The notes: a model not told the origin generated them from the sequence alone. DNA of 64,000 nucleotides from Roseibacillus sp. (GCA_965242925.1 CBDEUM010000018.1:32001-96000); one strand, 5' to 3'; positions 1-9,590 are shown, counted from the first letter of the stretch. Numbers and translations are program-made.

Positions 1-1
1 C

Positions 2-421
2 TTCGAGGCGGATGGGAAGGCCAGATTGCGCTGGAAGGCTGAACGGTTCGGCAGCCAGTTCACGACTCCGGTGGCCCATGAGGGATACCTTTATGGAGTG
101 AGTGGAACGGCGGGCACGGAAATCGTCTGTTACGAAATCAAGAGCGGTCGCGAAAGATGGCGGGACGGCATTGACATTCGGGGTGCTCGACTCGGACGGG
201 CCGGGCTGCTTCATGTGGATGGTGCATTCCTATGCCTGGGGGCACAGGGAACCCTCCTCTGGCTCAACCTCTCTCCGAAGGGAGCAGTGATTCTCTCTCA
301 GACACAGCTTTTCCGTGCTCCTGAGACCTGGGGAGTGCCCATCGTGAGTCGCGGACTGCTCTACGTGAACAGGAACTCCTTTGGTCCGCGGCTGGTCTGT
401 TACGATCTCCGGGGGGAATAG
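2..421 (+). CDS. PQQ-like beta-propeller repeat protein (BamB-like), C-terminal part; truncated at window edge
   Basis: Frame open from position 2. Motifs TPVAHEGYLYG, CYEIKSGRERW, G.LLWLNLSPKG, TWGVPIVSRGLLYVN..LVCYDL are typical of the C-termini of PVC PQQ-propeller proteins. Confidence 0.8.
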   Translation, partial: FEADGKARLRWKAERFGSQFTTPVAHEGYLYGVSGTAGTEIVCYEIKSGRERWRDGIDIRGARLGRAGLLHVDGAFLCLGAQGTLLWLNLSPKGAVILSQTQLFRAPETWGVPIVSRGLLYVNRNSFGPRLVCYDLRGE

Positions 422-490
422 AGGGCATTTCTCCCCGGTGCTTTCATGGACGTGGGATTGAAAATCAGGGATTTTCGTGTAGGGTCAGCC

Positions 491-1159
491 ATGCGCGTGC
501 GATGTAACCGGTATCTGTCGATCGCGGTGACTCTGGTTGCTGCGGCGCTCATACTTAGCGCGACCGAAGGGTGCGCGCAGGCGGCCAGGATCAAGAAAGT
601 TGAGTTCGACGAGGCAAGTCTGGAAGACCTGATTGATTTCCTGCGTGAAGGGGCTGCCGGGAAAACCCGGAACATCCTGGTTGATCCCAGGATGAAGAAG
701 GAGATCAGGGTCACTCTTACGCTGCATGATGTGACGAAGGGAGTGGCCTTTGCCTACGCCGCCGAGCTCGGGGGATTCGACTACCGCGAGGAACGACACG
801 CCATCCGGATCGTGCCCCGAAGCCCGAAGGCAACGGTTAAGGCCTTCCTCAAACGTGGAAACCCCATGACCCTGCGCCGAGCGTCGGAGATTGTGATGCC
901 CAAGGTTGAATTTGATGAGGCTGAACTGCGCCAGGTCATCGACGACATTGCCACTGCGAGCCGACAATTGGATTCCAGGAAGAAAGGGATCAATGTTCTT
1001 CTCGGGCCGGGGGTGGATCCCTCCACGCCGGTAACATTCCAGCTCCAGAACGTTCCTGTCGCCGAGGTCCTGAAGTATGTGGCCGACTTCGCCCGGCTCG
1101 ACATCCGGACGGATGGCAATGCAGTAGTCCTTCTCAAGCGCAGGAAGGTGGCGCGGTAG
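491..1159 (+). CDS. Exported protein with two tandem STN/secretin-N0-like modules
   Basis: Hydrophobic signal (LSIAVTLVAAALILSATEGCAQA), then two copies of KVEFDEA.L..(L/V)ID....N(I/V)L....VT(L/F).L..V.......Y.A. ORF is open from 446; ATG 491 preferred. Confidence 0.65.
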   Translation: MRVRCNRYLSIAVTLVAAALILSATEGCAQAARIKKVEFDEASLEDLIDFLREGAAGKTRNILVDPRMKKEIRVTLTLHDVTKGVAFAYAAELGGFDYREERHAIRIVPRSPKATVKAFLKRGNPMTLRRASEIVMPKVEFDEAELRQVIDDIATASRQLDSRKKGINVLLGPGVDPSTPVTFQLQNVPVAEVLKYVADFARLDIRTDGNAVVLLKRRKVAR

Positions 1160-1210
1160 CGTGCTCCAAACGTTTTCGTCCGGATCATGGGAGGAGGAGC
1201 GGACGCTCGG

Positions 1211-2173
1211 TCAGGGCCCGTTCCTGATCCCGGGATAACTCCGGCGAAAGGCCTTCAGCATGTGTTCACCGTAGAGGATGGGTTCGGTGGGGAGATCGCG
1301 GTAGGTATTCCGTTCGAAGGGCGGGAGGCGGGGGGCAGGCAGGGGCGTTACAACGGTGTCCAGGCTGGGCTCGAGGAAAAACGGAATGGAATATCTCGTG
1401 GAGCTGCCGCGAGGACTGCTCACCCGATGAGGCGTGGCCATGAAATAGTGTCCGGTCCAGATTTCCAGCATGTCGCCCAGATTGACTACCAGGCAATCGG
1501 GTTTCGGACCGGCTGCGATCCAGGTCCCGTCGGCGCAGCGCACTTCGAGTCCGCCCACTCCGTCCTGGGCCAGAATAGTGAGGCACCCAAAGTCAGTGTG
1601 TTCGCCAATTCCCTGCCGTTCGGGGGATCCCTGCGTCACCGGGGGGTAGGCGATGAGACGCAGCATGCAGTAGGAGGGATCAAAGTGCCGGGCAAAGGTG
1701 TCTTCTTCCAATTGCAGGGACAGGGCCAGCGTTCGCATGAGTTGTTCTCCGACGGTGCGAAGTTCTTCGAGGTAGGTTTCGCTCGCCTGCCGGAATTCCG
1801 GCCAGTCGGCGGGCCATTGGTTCGGGCCCTGCAGGACATGATAGTCCACTTCCGAATCGAGAAGGGGCGCTTCCAGACCGAGATCGAGGGTCTCCTTGTG
1901 ATCGGGGAATCCCTGAGTCTCTTCTTCGTCCAGGACTGAGTAGCCCCGATAGTGCGGGGAACGGTTGAGATGAATGGCATTCTTCTCCACCATCGGAAGA
2001 GTAAAATACTCCCGCGCGTAGTGGAACATGCTGGCGAGGGGGCCCGAGGCCAGCTGTGGATGACGCAGGTAGAAAAACCCGGTGAGGTGGCAGGTGGCGC
2101 GCAGGTGCTCCAGCAGCGAAGGGTCAGGCGAGGCGACATCCTGGTAGTTGAAGGTAGGAAGCCCTCCGTTCAT
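1211..2173 (-). CDS. 2-oxoglutarate/Fe(II)-dependent oxygenase, isopenicillin N synthase-like
   Basis: GFFYL, RGYS, KE.LD, GPNQWP, HTDFG (HxD), NLGDMLE.WT, TPHRV (distal His), RYSIPFF (RxS). Confidence 0.9.
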   Translation of the reverse strand: MNGGLPTFNYQDVASPDPSLLEHLRATCHLTGFFYLRHPQLASGPLASMFHYAREYFTLPMVEKNAIHLNRSPHYRGYSVLDEEETQGFPDHKETLDLGLEAPLLDSEVDYHVLQGPNQWPADWPEFRQASETYLEELRTVGEQLMRTLALSLQLEEDTFARHFDPSYCMLRLIAYPPVTQGSPERQGIGEHTDFGCLTILAQDGVGGLEVRCADGTWIAAGPKPDCLVVNLGDMLEIWTGHYFMATPHRVSSPRGSSTRYSIPFFLEPSLDTVVTPLPAPRLPPFERNTYRDLPTEPILYGEHMLKAFRRSYPGIRNGP

Positions 2174-2242
2174 GCGCAGGAATTATCGAAAGTCTCTCAT
2201 GACAGTCACGCGGAATTACAAGGCGTTCTCATGCAATCGCGC

Positions 2243-2277
2243 AAAAAAAATCGCCCGGTTTCTAACGAACCGGTCGA
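2243..2277 (-). terminator. Rho-independent terminator downstream of the DUF1501 gene
   Basis: Minus strand reads TCGACCGGTT-CGTTAGA-AACCGGGCGA followed by T8, 33 nt after the stop at 2311. Confidence 0.75.
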
Positions 2278-2310
2278 GTATGAATTGAGGCCGGGCATTT
2301 CCTGGATGCT

Positions 2311-3594
2311 CTAGGCGGAACCGAAGGCCTCCTTGATGATCTTGCCACGGTTGCCCACGAAGAAGGGGCGTCCGCCCATGGCGTGGATCCGCTTCTCGAC
2401 CGGGAGGCCGAGGGCGTAGGCGATGGTGGTGTGGAGATCTTTCGGTTCGTAGGCTTCAGTCTGGATATTGCTGGCCACCTCGTCGGTCTTGCCGATGACC
2501 TGACCTCCTTTTACGCCGCCGCCAGCCATCATGATGGAAAAGGCCTTGGGGAAATGATCGCGTCCGCCACGACCGTTGATCCTTGGAGTCCGGCCGAACT
2601 CGGTGGTCAGAACCACCATGGTCTCGTCCAGCATGCCCTGGGAGGAGAGGTCCTGCAGGAGGGCAGCTATGGGGCCGTCCATGGCATTGGTTCGGTTGGC
2701 TGCCGTCCCGGCATTGCCATGCTGGCCGTCCCAACCGCCGAGTTGAACTTCGACGTAACGCACGTTGTTTTGGATGAGGCGACGGGCCAGGAGGAGACCA
2801 CGGGCGAACCGCGAGTTCCCATAGAGATTCTTCACGCTGTCAGACTCCTTGTTGATGTCGAAGAGCTCGGTGGTCTTGCTGTCAAAGAGCTTGACGGTCT
2901 CTTCGTAGAAGTCGGCGTAGGATTTCACGTCGTCATGCGGGAAACCCTTGGCGAAGGACTCGCGGAAGGTCTCGGCATACTTGAGACGGCGCTCGAACTG
3001 GGTCTTGTTGATCTTGGGAAGGAGATCCTTGATTCCGCGGTTGGGATCTCCGATGGGAAGGGGGCTGTGGTCAGGCCGGAAGAAGCCAGGTCCGGGGTTG
3101 CCCCCGCCCACCACAATGCTGTCGGGGACGAGCTTGCTGCGCCTTCCCAGGAAGTGCTGGGCCCAGGAACCCATCTGCGGGTGGGAGGTCCCCGGCCGGC
3201 GGGCGTAGCCGGTGTGCATGAGGTAGTTGCCCCCGCCATGGTCGCCGGTCTTGGTGGTCATGCTGCGTACTACCGCAAACTTGTCAGCCTGTTTGCCGAG
3301 CTGTGGAAGCATGTTGGAGAGTTGCACGCCGTCCACGTTGGTGCCGGCAGGCCGTGAGGGACCTGCGATCCCGCCGGTGGTCTTGGGGTCGAAGGTATCG
3401 ACATGGGTCATGCCTCCCGCCATGTAGAGGAAGATGACGTTCTTGGCGGTGGCGTGCGCGGCCGGCTTGATGACCTGGGACTCTGCCGCTGCGGCGAGCC
3501 CCGGGAGGATGGTTACACCGAGAGTAGAGGCTGCGGCTCCGGTCAGGAAACTGCGGCGGTCCAGTTCATCGAGTTGGTGGATAATATCTTTCAT
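2311..3594 (-). CDS. DUF1501 family protein with Tat-type signal
   Basis: DRRSFL twin-Arg; NVIFLYMAGGMTHVDTFDPK; LLARRL..NVRYVEV..GGWD; TTEFGRTPRIN..GGRDH; MAGGGVKGG.VIG.TD. Start taken at MKDIIH (3594). Confidence 0.92.
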   Translation of the reverse strand: MKDIIHQLDELDRRSFLTGAAASTLGVTILPGLAAAAESQVIKPAAHATAKNVIFLYMAGGMTHVDTFDPKTTGGIAGPSRPAGTNVDGVQLSNMLPQLGKQADKFAVVRSMTTKTGDHGGGNYLMHTGYARRPGTSHPQMGSWAQHFLGRRSKLVPDSIVVGGGNPGPGFFRPDHSPLPIGDPNRGIKDLLPKINKTQFERRLKYAETFRESFAKGFPHDDVKSYADFYEETVKLFDSKTTELFDINKESDSVKNLYGNSRFARGLLLARRLIQNNVRYVEVQLGGWDGQHGNAGTAANRTNAMDGPIAALLQDLSSQGMLDETMVVLTTEFGRTPRINGRGGRDHFPKAFSIMMAGGGVKGGQVIGKTDEVASNIQTEAYEPKDLHTTIAYALGLPVEKRIHAMGGRPFFVGNRGKIIKEAFGSA

Positions 3595-3625
3595 GGCAAC
3601 ATGATGGAAGTATGCTGGGGTTGGC

Positions 3626-5770
3626 TTATTTGATGAATAAAAACTCAGGAGTGTTGAGGAGAGCCCAGATGAGATCAGAGAAAACCTCTGGTCCACCCGC
3701 ACGTAATTCGCGATCAAGCAGGTGCTGTTCGCTACCGATGGCGCGGCGGCTCAGGATGCTCATAAAGGTCACATCGGCCTTCTCGAAGTTCGAGCGGAGG
3801 TTCTTCATCTCCAGGAAGATCCTGGATCCCGGTTGGGTGAGGATCTCGGTGGCGTAGCCGTTCATGAGTTCCATGACCTGGGGGACGGACCCATCCAGCG
3901 AGCTGGCATTGATGACAAAGGTGCGGTCAGATTGGCCGAATTTACTGAGGAAGTGAGCCGGATCGGAAGGCTGGGGGAGTTCCGAGGCGCGGGCGAGGAG
4001 GAGTTTCCGCTTCTTGGCTGCTTCCATGAAGGCCATCATCATCTCCTCGTCGGTAGGGCCGGTGGGCTTCCGGCTGAGGGCGTTCTGCCCGAAGGGCTTC
4101 TCTCCCTTGGGGGGCTTGGCATTTACGATGGAGACGCCTTTGGCATTAACGAGGCTCTGCACCGGTTTGAACTTGTTGTATTCGTCGACCCGGGTCACGA
4201 ACTCCTTGGGAGATCCCGGCGCTTGCGAGGTGTTGATAAGCCGGTTGTAACGATCTCCCGAATCAAGGCGGAACTGGTTCGGGTCTTCCACCATGAGAGT
4301 GATCAGGGAGTCCCATACCTGCTCGGAACTCATCCGGCGGAGAAGCGGTCCCGGGAAGTAGTAGGGTTTGGTGACATTGACCTTCTTGCGCGTGGCCAGA
4401 CGGTTGTAGGCCTTGGTGTTCACGATCGCCCAGGCGAAGGCCTTGAGATCGAAGTCAAGAGCTGCCATCTCCTCGGTGAGGACTTTGAGAAGATCGGCGT
4501 TAAGGGAGTCCTTCGGATTGATGTCATGGAGAGGTTCGACCGCTCCGCGCCCCATGTAGCGGGCCCACATCCGGTTGGCGATGTTCATGGCAAAACGCTC
4601 GTTCTTCGCCGAGGTGAGCCAGACCGCCAGGCGCTGGCGCGGGTTGAGGGCCGCGGCAGCTGTCCCGTTCTCTTTTCCAAAGAGAATCCAAGGTTTGACC
4701 TTGTCGCGTGGGAAGCCGTCCTCGTACTGGTAATTGTTGGGGAGCCTCATGGAGCGATCGGCCACAGTGTGGACAGCCAACTCGCTGGCGCGGCTCATGT
4801 CCTGGAGCGAGCGTTGGTAACGACCGACGGTATTGTTGATCGTACGCTTCTGTTCCTCGTTCTTGGGATCGAGCTTCTGAGTAGCGGCGATGTAGGCCTC
4901 CAGTTCCTTCTTTTTCGGCATCTGGGCCTTCTGGGACTTGCCTTTCGTTTCAAGGTCCGCGAGGTAGGCGGAAAACTCGTAGTACTGGTACTGGGTCCAG
5001 TCACTGAAGGGGTCGTCGTGGCACTGCGCACAGGTGATGTTGGTGCCGAGGAAAACCTTGCCCATGAAAGCCACGTGGTCGAGTTTCATCCCGTTGTCGC
5101 GGAGGTGATAGCCCACCGCAGGGTTGTCCCAGATGCGCCCTTCGGCGGTCACCATCTCACGCACCAGTTCGTCCCAGGGCGTGTTGGTATGGATCTGCTC
5201 CTTTAGCCAGTAGATGAAGGAGTCATTGCGGAGCACCGTGCCGGGGAAGGTGGTCTTGATGCGCAAAAGCTCGGCGAGGTGATTGTAGTTGTGGCTGGCA
5301 TAGTCCCATGACCTGAGGAGTTTGATCACCAGTTCCTGTCGTTTGTTCGTGTCGCGCGAGTTGAGGAACTCCTTGGCCTCATCGTAGTTCGGGATACGTC
5401 CGGCCAGATCAAGGTAGACCCGGCGCAGGTACATGTGGTCATTGAGGTTTTCGTTGTAATTCAGTTTCTGCTTCTCCAGACCGGCATCCACCGCGGCATC
5501 AATACGCTTCACCGCGAGAGCGACGAGGTCGGCCTTTCCGGTCATGGTACGCTTCCGGACGAACTCCTGATCCGCCTTGGAGAGAACCTTGAGCGGGACA
5601 CTCACCGCTTTCCTGTCCTTATCCAAGAGGATCCTGACCGAACCGTTCCTCAATTCCAGGAAGCGACCCTTGATGGGCTGGCCGGTGGAATTGATCCAGG
5701 TCCGCGCGGAGGCGGCCTGAAAGGAAAGCAGGGCCACGAGGCTCAGAACGGGGAGAATTCGCAAATACAT
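3626..5770 (-). CDS. DUF1549/DUF1553 (PSCyt2/PSD1) protein with N-terminal SHD1-like domain
   Basis: Signal peptide; RTWINSTGQ.IKG...LSKADQEFV (SHD1-like); YLRRVYLDLAGRIP; FLG..ITCAQCHD.PF; NRMWARYMGRG.VEP; RRMSSEQVWDS; DLIWALLNTPEFLF. Confidence 0.9.
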   Translation of the reverse strand: MYLRILPVLSLVALLSFQAASARTWINSTGQPIKGRFLELRNGSVRILLDKDRKAVSVPLKVLSKADQEFVRKRTMTGKADLVALAVKRIDAAVDAGLEKQKLNYNENLNDHMYLRRVYLDLAGRIPNYDEAKEFLNSRDTNKRQELVIKLLRSWDYASHNYNHLAELLRIKTTFPGTVLRNDSFIYWLKEQIHTNTPWDELVREMVTAEGRIWDNPAVGYHLRDNGMKLDHVAFMGKVFLGTNITCAQCHDDPFSDWTQYQYYEFSAYLADLETKGKSQKAQMPKKKELEAYIAATQKLDPKNEEQKRTINNTVGRYQRSLQDMSRASELAVHTVADRSMRLPNNYQYEDGFPRDKVKPWILFGKENGTAAAALNPRQRLAVWLTSAKNERFAMNIANRMWARYMGRGAVEPLHDINPKDSLNADLLKVLTEEMAALDFDLKAFAWAIVNTKAYNRLATRKKVNVTKPYYFPGPLLRRMSSEQVWDSLITLMVEDPNQFRLDSGDRYNRLINTSQAPGSPKEFVTRVDEYNKFKPVQSLVNAKGVSIVNAKPPKGEKPFGQNALSRKPTGPTDEEMMMAFMEAAKKRKLLLARASELPQPSDPAHFLSKFGQSDRTFVINASSLDGSVPQVMELMNGYATEILTQPGSRIFLEMKNLRSNFEKADVTFMSILSRRAIGSEQHLLDRELRAGGPEVFSDLIWALLNTPEFLFIK

Positions 5771-5806
5771 GGGAACAATTGACACCCGGCGGTTGAAACG
5801 GAACTC

Positions 5807-5817
5807 ATGGTAAATAC
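5807..5817 (-). promoter_or_regulatory. GTATTTACCAT motif, candidate -10 element or regulator site shared with 39475-39485
   Basis: Identical AT-rich 11-mer in the same orientation upstream of both DUF1549/DUF1553 genes. Confidence 0.4.
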
Positions 5818-5988
5818 GCGTTTTGGGGTCCTCTGTCTATCCGATTGCTGGTAGATTCATGCGCCTCTGGATGCCCATTCCCCCCAAACAGGAGGATTCA
5901 AGGTCTGAGGTTACCTCAAAATGGGCAGGGAACGGGGCGGAGATCTCATTATCCGCGGGCCATTGTGGGGCCCCGGGGAGTTTGGCTC

Positions 5989-7401
5989 CTAACCTGTTAC
6001 TACGCCAGGAATCACGGGGGAGCCAGCCAGTTCCAGGACCTCCTTGGGCGCACTGGGAGAGAGTCGGAGTTTCCCGATATCGATCATGGTGTTGAGGAGG
6101 GTCGAGATCAGGTTATCGGGGCCGTAGGGCGTGCTGTTGGGTTCGCCTCCGTCGCGGGTCGAACGTCCGATCACCCGCCCACCTTCCATTCCTCCTCCGT
6201 AGAGGAGAAGGGGAGCGAGACGGGCCCAGTGATCGCGTCCACCCCGTTTGTTGAGCTTGGGGGTGCGGCCCATTTCCCCGGTGCAAACCAGGAGAATCTT
6301 GTCGCCCAGCCCGCGAGCCTCACAGTCGAGGATGAATTCGGCTACCGCATGGTCAAAGGAACGCCCCACCGCCTGCATACCATCCTGCATGTTGAGATTA
6401 TTGCCGTCCGCGTGCATGTCCCACACGCCGGCATAGCCCGCGTGGATGGTGACAAAGCCACATCCAGCCTCACACAGACGTCTGGCAGTGAGGAGGAGCT
6501 TGCCGATCGATTGGGCTTGCGCAGTGTAGTAGCCCTTCCTCCCACGGTTTACCTTGTTCCACTGGCCCCGTTTTGCGAAGCGGGAGGTATCATAACGGGA
6601 CAGGACCCGGGGGTCCTCCCTGCTCAGATCAAAGGCGTTGGAAACGTGTCCATTGAGAAGCACTTGGAAGGCCTGTTGCTGTAATTCGTCGAGCGCTTCC
6701 ATCCTGCCTCCCACGTCGATAGACCGGTTGAGACCATCGAGCTTGCCCAGAAGTTCTCGCCGGTCGGCGAAGAAGCGTTCCCGATTGACCTGTAACGTCA
6801 GGTCCTGCTGCAACTCGTCTCCAGCGCCCGAGAGGAAGGGAGCGAAGGAGGAGTTGTAGGGGCCGGTAGCTGCCAGGTTTCCGCGGGCCTCCGGCCTGGG
6901 TGCTCCGGGAAGCACGGTCCGGGGAAAGATGACGGCATTGGTGGGCATTCCCGAGAGGCGGCGGGTGGCGCCAGCCACCCGCGCATAATGCGTGCCGATA
7001 TTGGCTTCATGCGAGGACGGTCCTACGATCGGCTGGATGTTGTGCCCGGCATTCCGGGTCGTGAAGGAACGGACGACCGTTAACTTGTGAGCGAGTTTGG
7101 CCAGGCGCTGCATGGTGGCACCAAAATGCACCCCGGCCAGCGAGGTGCGGGTCGTGCCACCCACGGTGCGCACTTCGGAGGGCACATCCATCTTGGGGTC
7201 GAATGTCTCCAGCTGGCTCGGTCCGCCTTGCTGAAACAGGAAGATCACACACTTGTCCTTGAGTGGATTGTCCTGCGCTCTCGTGGCAGCAGCACGGCTG
7301 GCAAGAAGGGAAGGAAGGGAGAGGCCGGCCAGGCCGAGGCTGCCGAGGCGCAGAAGCTCGCGTCGTGATGTCCCGGGCCGCTGATCTGCGATCGTTAACA
7401 T
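5989..7401 (-). CDS. DUF1501 family protein (second paralog)
   Basis: SRRELLRLG.LG.AGLSLP; VIFLFQQGGPSQLETFDPK; LLTARRLCEAG..FVT; WDMH; GEMGRTPK.N..GGRDHW. Confidence 0.92.
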   Translation of the reverse strand: MLTIADQRPGTSRRELLRLGSLGLAGLSLPSLLASRAAATRAQDNPLKDKCVIFLFQQGGPSQLETFDPKMDVPSEVRTVGGTTRTSLAGVHFGATMQRLAKLAHKLTVVRSFTTRNAGHNIQPIVGPSSHEANIGTHYARVAGATRRLSGMPTNAVIFPRTVLPGAPRPEARGNLAATGPYNSSFAPFLSGAGDELQQDLTLQVNRERFFADRRELLGKLDGLNRSIDVGGRMEALDELQQQAFQVLLNGHVSNAFDLSREDPRVLSRYDTSRFAKRGQWNKVNRGRKGYYTAQAQSIGKLLLTARRLCEAGCGFVTIHAGYAGVWDMHADGNNLNMQDGMQAVGRSFDHAVAEFILDCEARGLGDKILLVCTGEMGRTPKLNKRGGRDHWARLAPLLLYGGGMEGGRVIGRSTRDGGEPNSTPYGPDNLISTLLNTMIDIGKLRLSPSAPKEVLELAGSPVIPGVVTG

Positions 7402-7498
7402 GGAAGACCGTTTCTCCGGATCCCCCCTTTCACGGGAGAATCCATGGGTGGATCTATCTTATGGAATCGTGTGTCCACTGGAAAGGCAATAGCGCCCC

Positions 7499-8932
7499 CT
7501 ACTCCTCCATCTTCAGGGTCACCCGTTGGTCAACGGCTACATCCTTGACTGTGCGGGTCGATCCGTCAGGCCAGAGAATATCCACCTGGATGGGCTTGTC
7601 GTGTCCGCCGAGGCCGAAGTGGAGGACGAGGTCGTTCTGGTTCCCCTGTCCGGTTCCCGCGGCCACCTGGCGGGTGAGGATTCTGCCGTCCGGCAGGGCC
7701 ACGCGCGCCTGGGCGCCGATGGCGAACAGGTTCACCTTCTTCCGGTTGCCGAGGAGGCGTACCTTGAGCCAGTGGTGGTCTTTCTCGCCGCCATTCACGA
7801 AGAACCTGCCTGCCGCCATGAGATCGAGATCCCCGTCATTATCGAAGTCGGCCCATGCCGCCTGATAAGTGGGGGGCAAGCCGTCCAGCTTACTCCCGGC
7901 GGTTGCATTGACGAACTTGAAGTTGCCATCGTTGCGGAAGAGGACCGAGTTATTCTTGCGCCCGAAGGAAGCCACCCCGTAGACGGTCGTGAAGAAGAGA
8001 TCGAGATCGCCATCGTTGTCGTAATCGGCGGCGGAGGGGCTGGCGTAGGATTCCTGGTAGAAGACTCCGCCCTGGCCCTTGCTCTCGAATTTGAATTCGC
8101 CCTCCCGGCCGTTGTTGCGCAGCCAGAGCGACTCGGGCTGGTTGCCGCGACCGTCCTTGTGCGCAAAGTTGCCGGCGAAGAGATCAAAGTTGCCATCGTT
8201 GTCAAAGTCCCCCCAGGCCGCGCCGATGGAGTGGCCCCCGCCGAAGCCGGGACCATTTGCGATCACGCCAAAGGCGCCCGTTACATCCGAAAAGGTTCCC
8301 TTCCCATTGTTCTGCCAAAGGATGTTCGGCTGAAGTCGGTAGTTGGAGACGTAGATGTCGAGGTCACCGTCACGATCGAAGTCACAGGCGGTCACACCGC
8401 GGGCACGGTAGCGGACCTCGCTCCAGGTCAGCTTGAAGGATTTCCCCCCCTGGTTGGTCAGCAGGAAGTCGGCATAGGTGTCATTAGGCCAGGCCTCGTA
8501 GCCACCGGCATAGAGATCGACAAACCCGTCCCTGTTGAAGTCGCCCCAACAGGCCCCCAGCGAGCTGCCCTTGGGTAATTCGGGCAATTCAATGGCAACA
8601 AACTCCTTGCCGCCCTTGTTGCGGTAAATCTTGCGCCCGCCCCAGGAGTAGAGATCGAGAAAACCGTCATTATCGAAGTCGGCTGCCACGCAGGCTCCGG
8701 TGTTGGCCACTTCCACGAATTTTCTGCCCTTCTCGTTGCGGTAAACCTTCCCTCCGACGCAGATATCGGTCCAGCCGTCGTTGTTGAAGTCGAACCAGCA
8801 GGCCTCGTTCCCGCCTGCCAGGCCGAATTGCTCGCTCTTGTCCTCGAAGACAGCGGCGTGAACGGGGAGGGCGAGGAGGGCGAGGATTGAGAAACCCGGG
8901 CGGAGTAGAGCGGATGTGTAGGTTGAACGCAT
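7499..8932 (-). CDS. CRTAC1-family protein (FG-GAP/VCBS repeats plus C-terminal ASPIC/UnbV domain)
   Basis: Signal peptide; seven D(F/Y)(D/N)xDGxxD repeats; C-terminal HWLKVRLLG..N..AIGA...G.G..NQND..LHFGLG...WPDG. Confidence 0.9.
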   Translation of the reverse strand: MRSTYTSALLRPGFSILALLALPVHAAVFEDKSEQFGLAGGNEACWFDFNNDGWTDICVGGKVYRNEKGRKFVEVANTGACVAADFDNDGFLDLYSWGGRKIYRNKGGKEFVAIELPELPKGSSLGACWGDFNRDGFVDLYAGGYEAWPNDTYADFLLTNQGGKSFKLTWSEVRYRARGVTACDFDRDGDLDIYVSNYRLQPNILWQNNGKGTFSDVTGAFGVIANGPGFGGGHSIGAAWGDFDNDGNFDLFAGNFAHKDGRGNQPESLWLRNNGREGEFKFESKGQGGVFYQESYASPSAADYDNDGDLDLFFTTVYGVASFGRKNNSVLFRNDGNFKFVNATAGSKLDGLPPTYQAAWADFDNDGDLDLMAAGRFFVNGGEKDHHWLKVRLLGNRKKVNLFAIGAQARVALPDGRILTRQVAAGTGQGNQNDLVLHFGLGGHDKPIQVDILWPDGSTRTVKDVAVDQRVTLKMEE

Positions 8933-9172
8933 TCCTCTGGTGTACACCTGTCGGGTTCAGGGTGACAGGGGAAATAAAGCAGACAATGGAAGGGCCTTGT
9001 GGTGCCTGAACAGGGAACCCGGGGTGATCTCACGCGATAGTCATCTTCTCTGGTTCACCAGTGGACAGCGATGGATCGCGAGGTGGATGCTCTGCGGTAT
9101 CGGCAGCTTGTGCTGTCCCAGGTGCGTTTTTTGATGCATCAGAGACCCGGAGGTTGTTAGATCTCCGGCACC

Positions 9173-9586
9173 ATGATTTGCGATCGTAGTCTAGTTCTGG
9201 CGGGGGCCGTGGTTGCCCTTGCCACCGGTTGCACCCAGCATTCCGGTGGTGGATCCGGGGGGGGGGCAGCTGGTCCGGAGCTTCCGGCCCTGTCGACTGT
9301 CCCGGAGGCCGCCGGACCAGTCCGGGCCAAGCCCGGCTTCAAGAACGCGCAGCAGCTCTCCGATTCGGTGAAGGTGGGTGTACCCCAGCGGGTAGTGGAG
9401 GCCATGTTCGGCCCCCCGGACAAGGCAGGCTACAAGATTTACGGCCGGGCGGCCGGGACCCCCTGGCGAGCGCTGGTGTGGGAGTGGGTCTTTCAGGATG
9501 TCAATCCGCCACGGGCGCTTTCCATCGTGTTCCAGGAAGACGGATCGGGTACGTGGCGGGTCAATCACGGGGACTGGCCGGAGTAG
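9173..9586 (+). CDS. Putative lipoprotein with SmpA/OmlA(BamE)-like small domain
   Basis: Lipobox-like VALATG-C, Gly/Pro linker, then VKVGVPQRVVEAMFGPPD...W.W....L.IVF. Confidence 0.6.
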   Translation: MICDRSLVLAGAVVALATGCTQHSGGGSGGGAAGPELPALSTVPEAAGPVRAKPGFKNAQQLSDSVKVGVPQRVVEAMFGPPDKAGYKIYGRAAGTPWRALVWEWVFQDVNPPRALSIVFQEDGSGTWRVNHGDWPE

Positions 9587-9590
9587 GGGT

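Noticed and set aside
1211..8932. Secondary-metabolite cluster (IPNS-like oxygenase plus UnbV-like protein)
   Set aside because: No NRPS, PKS or precursor peptide; a terminator separates the oxygenase from the upstream genes; both families are common stand-alone genes.
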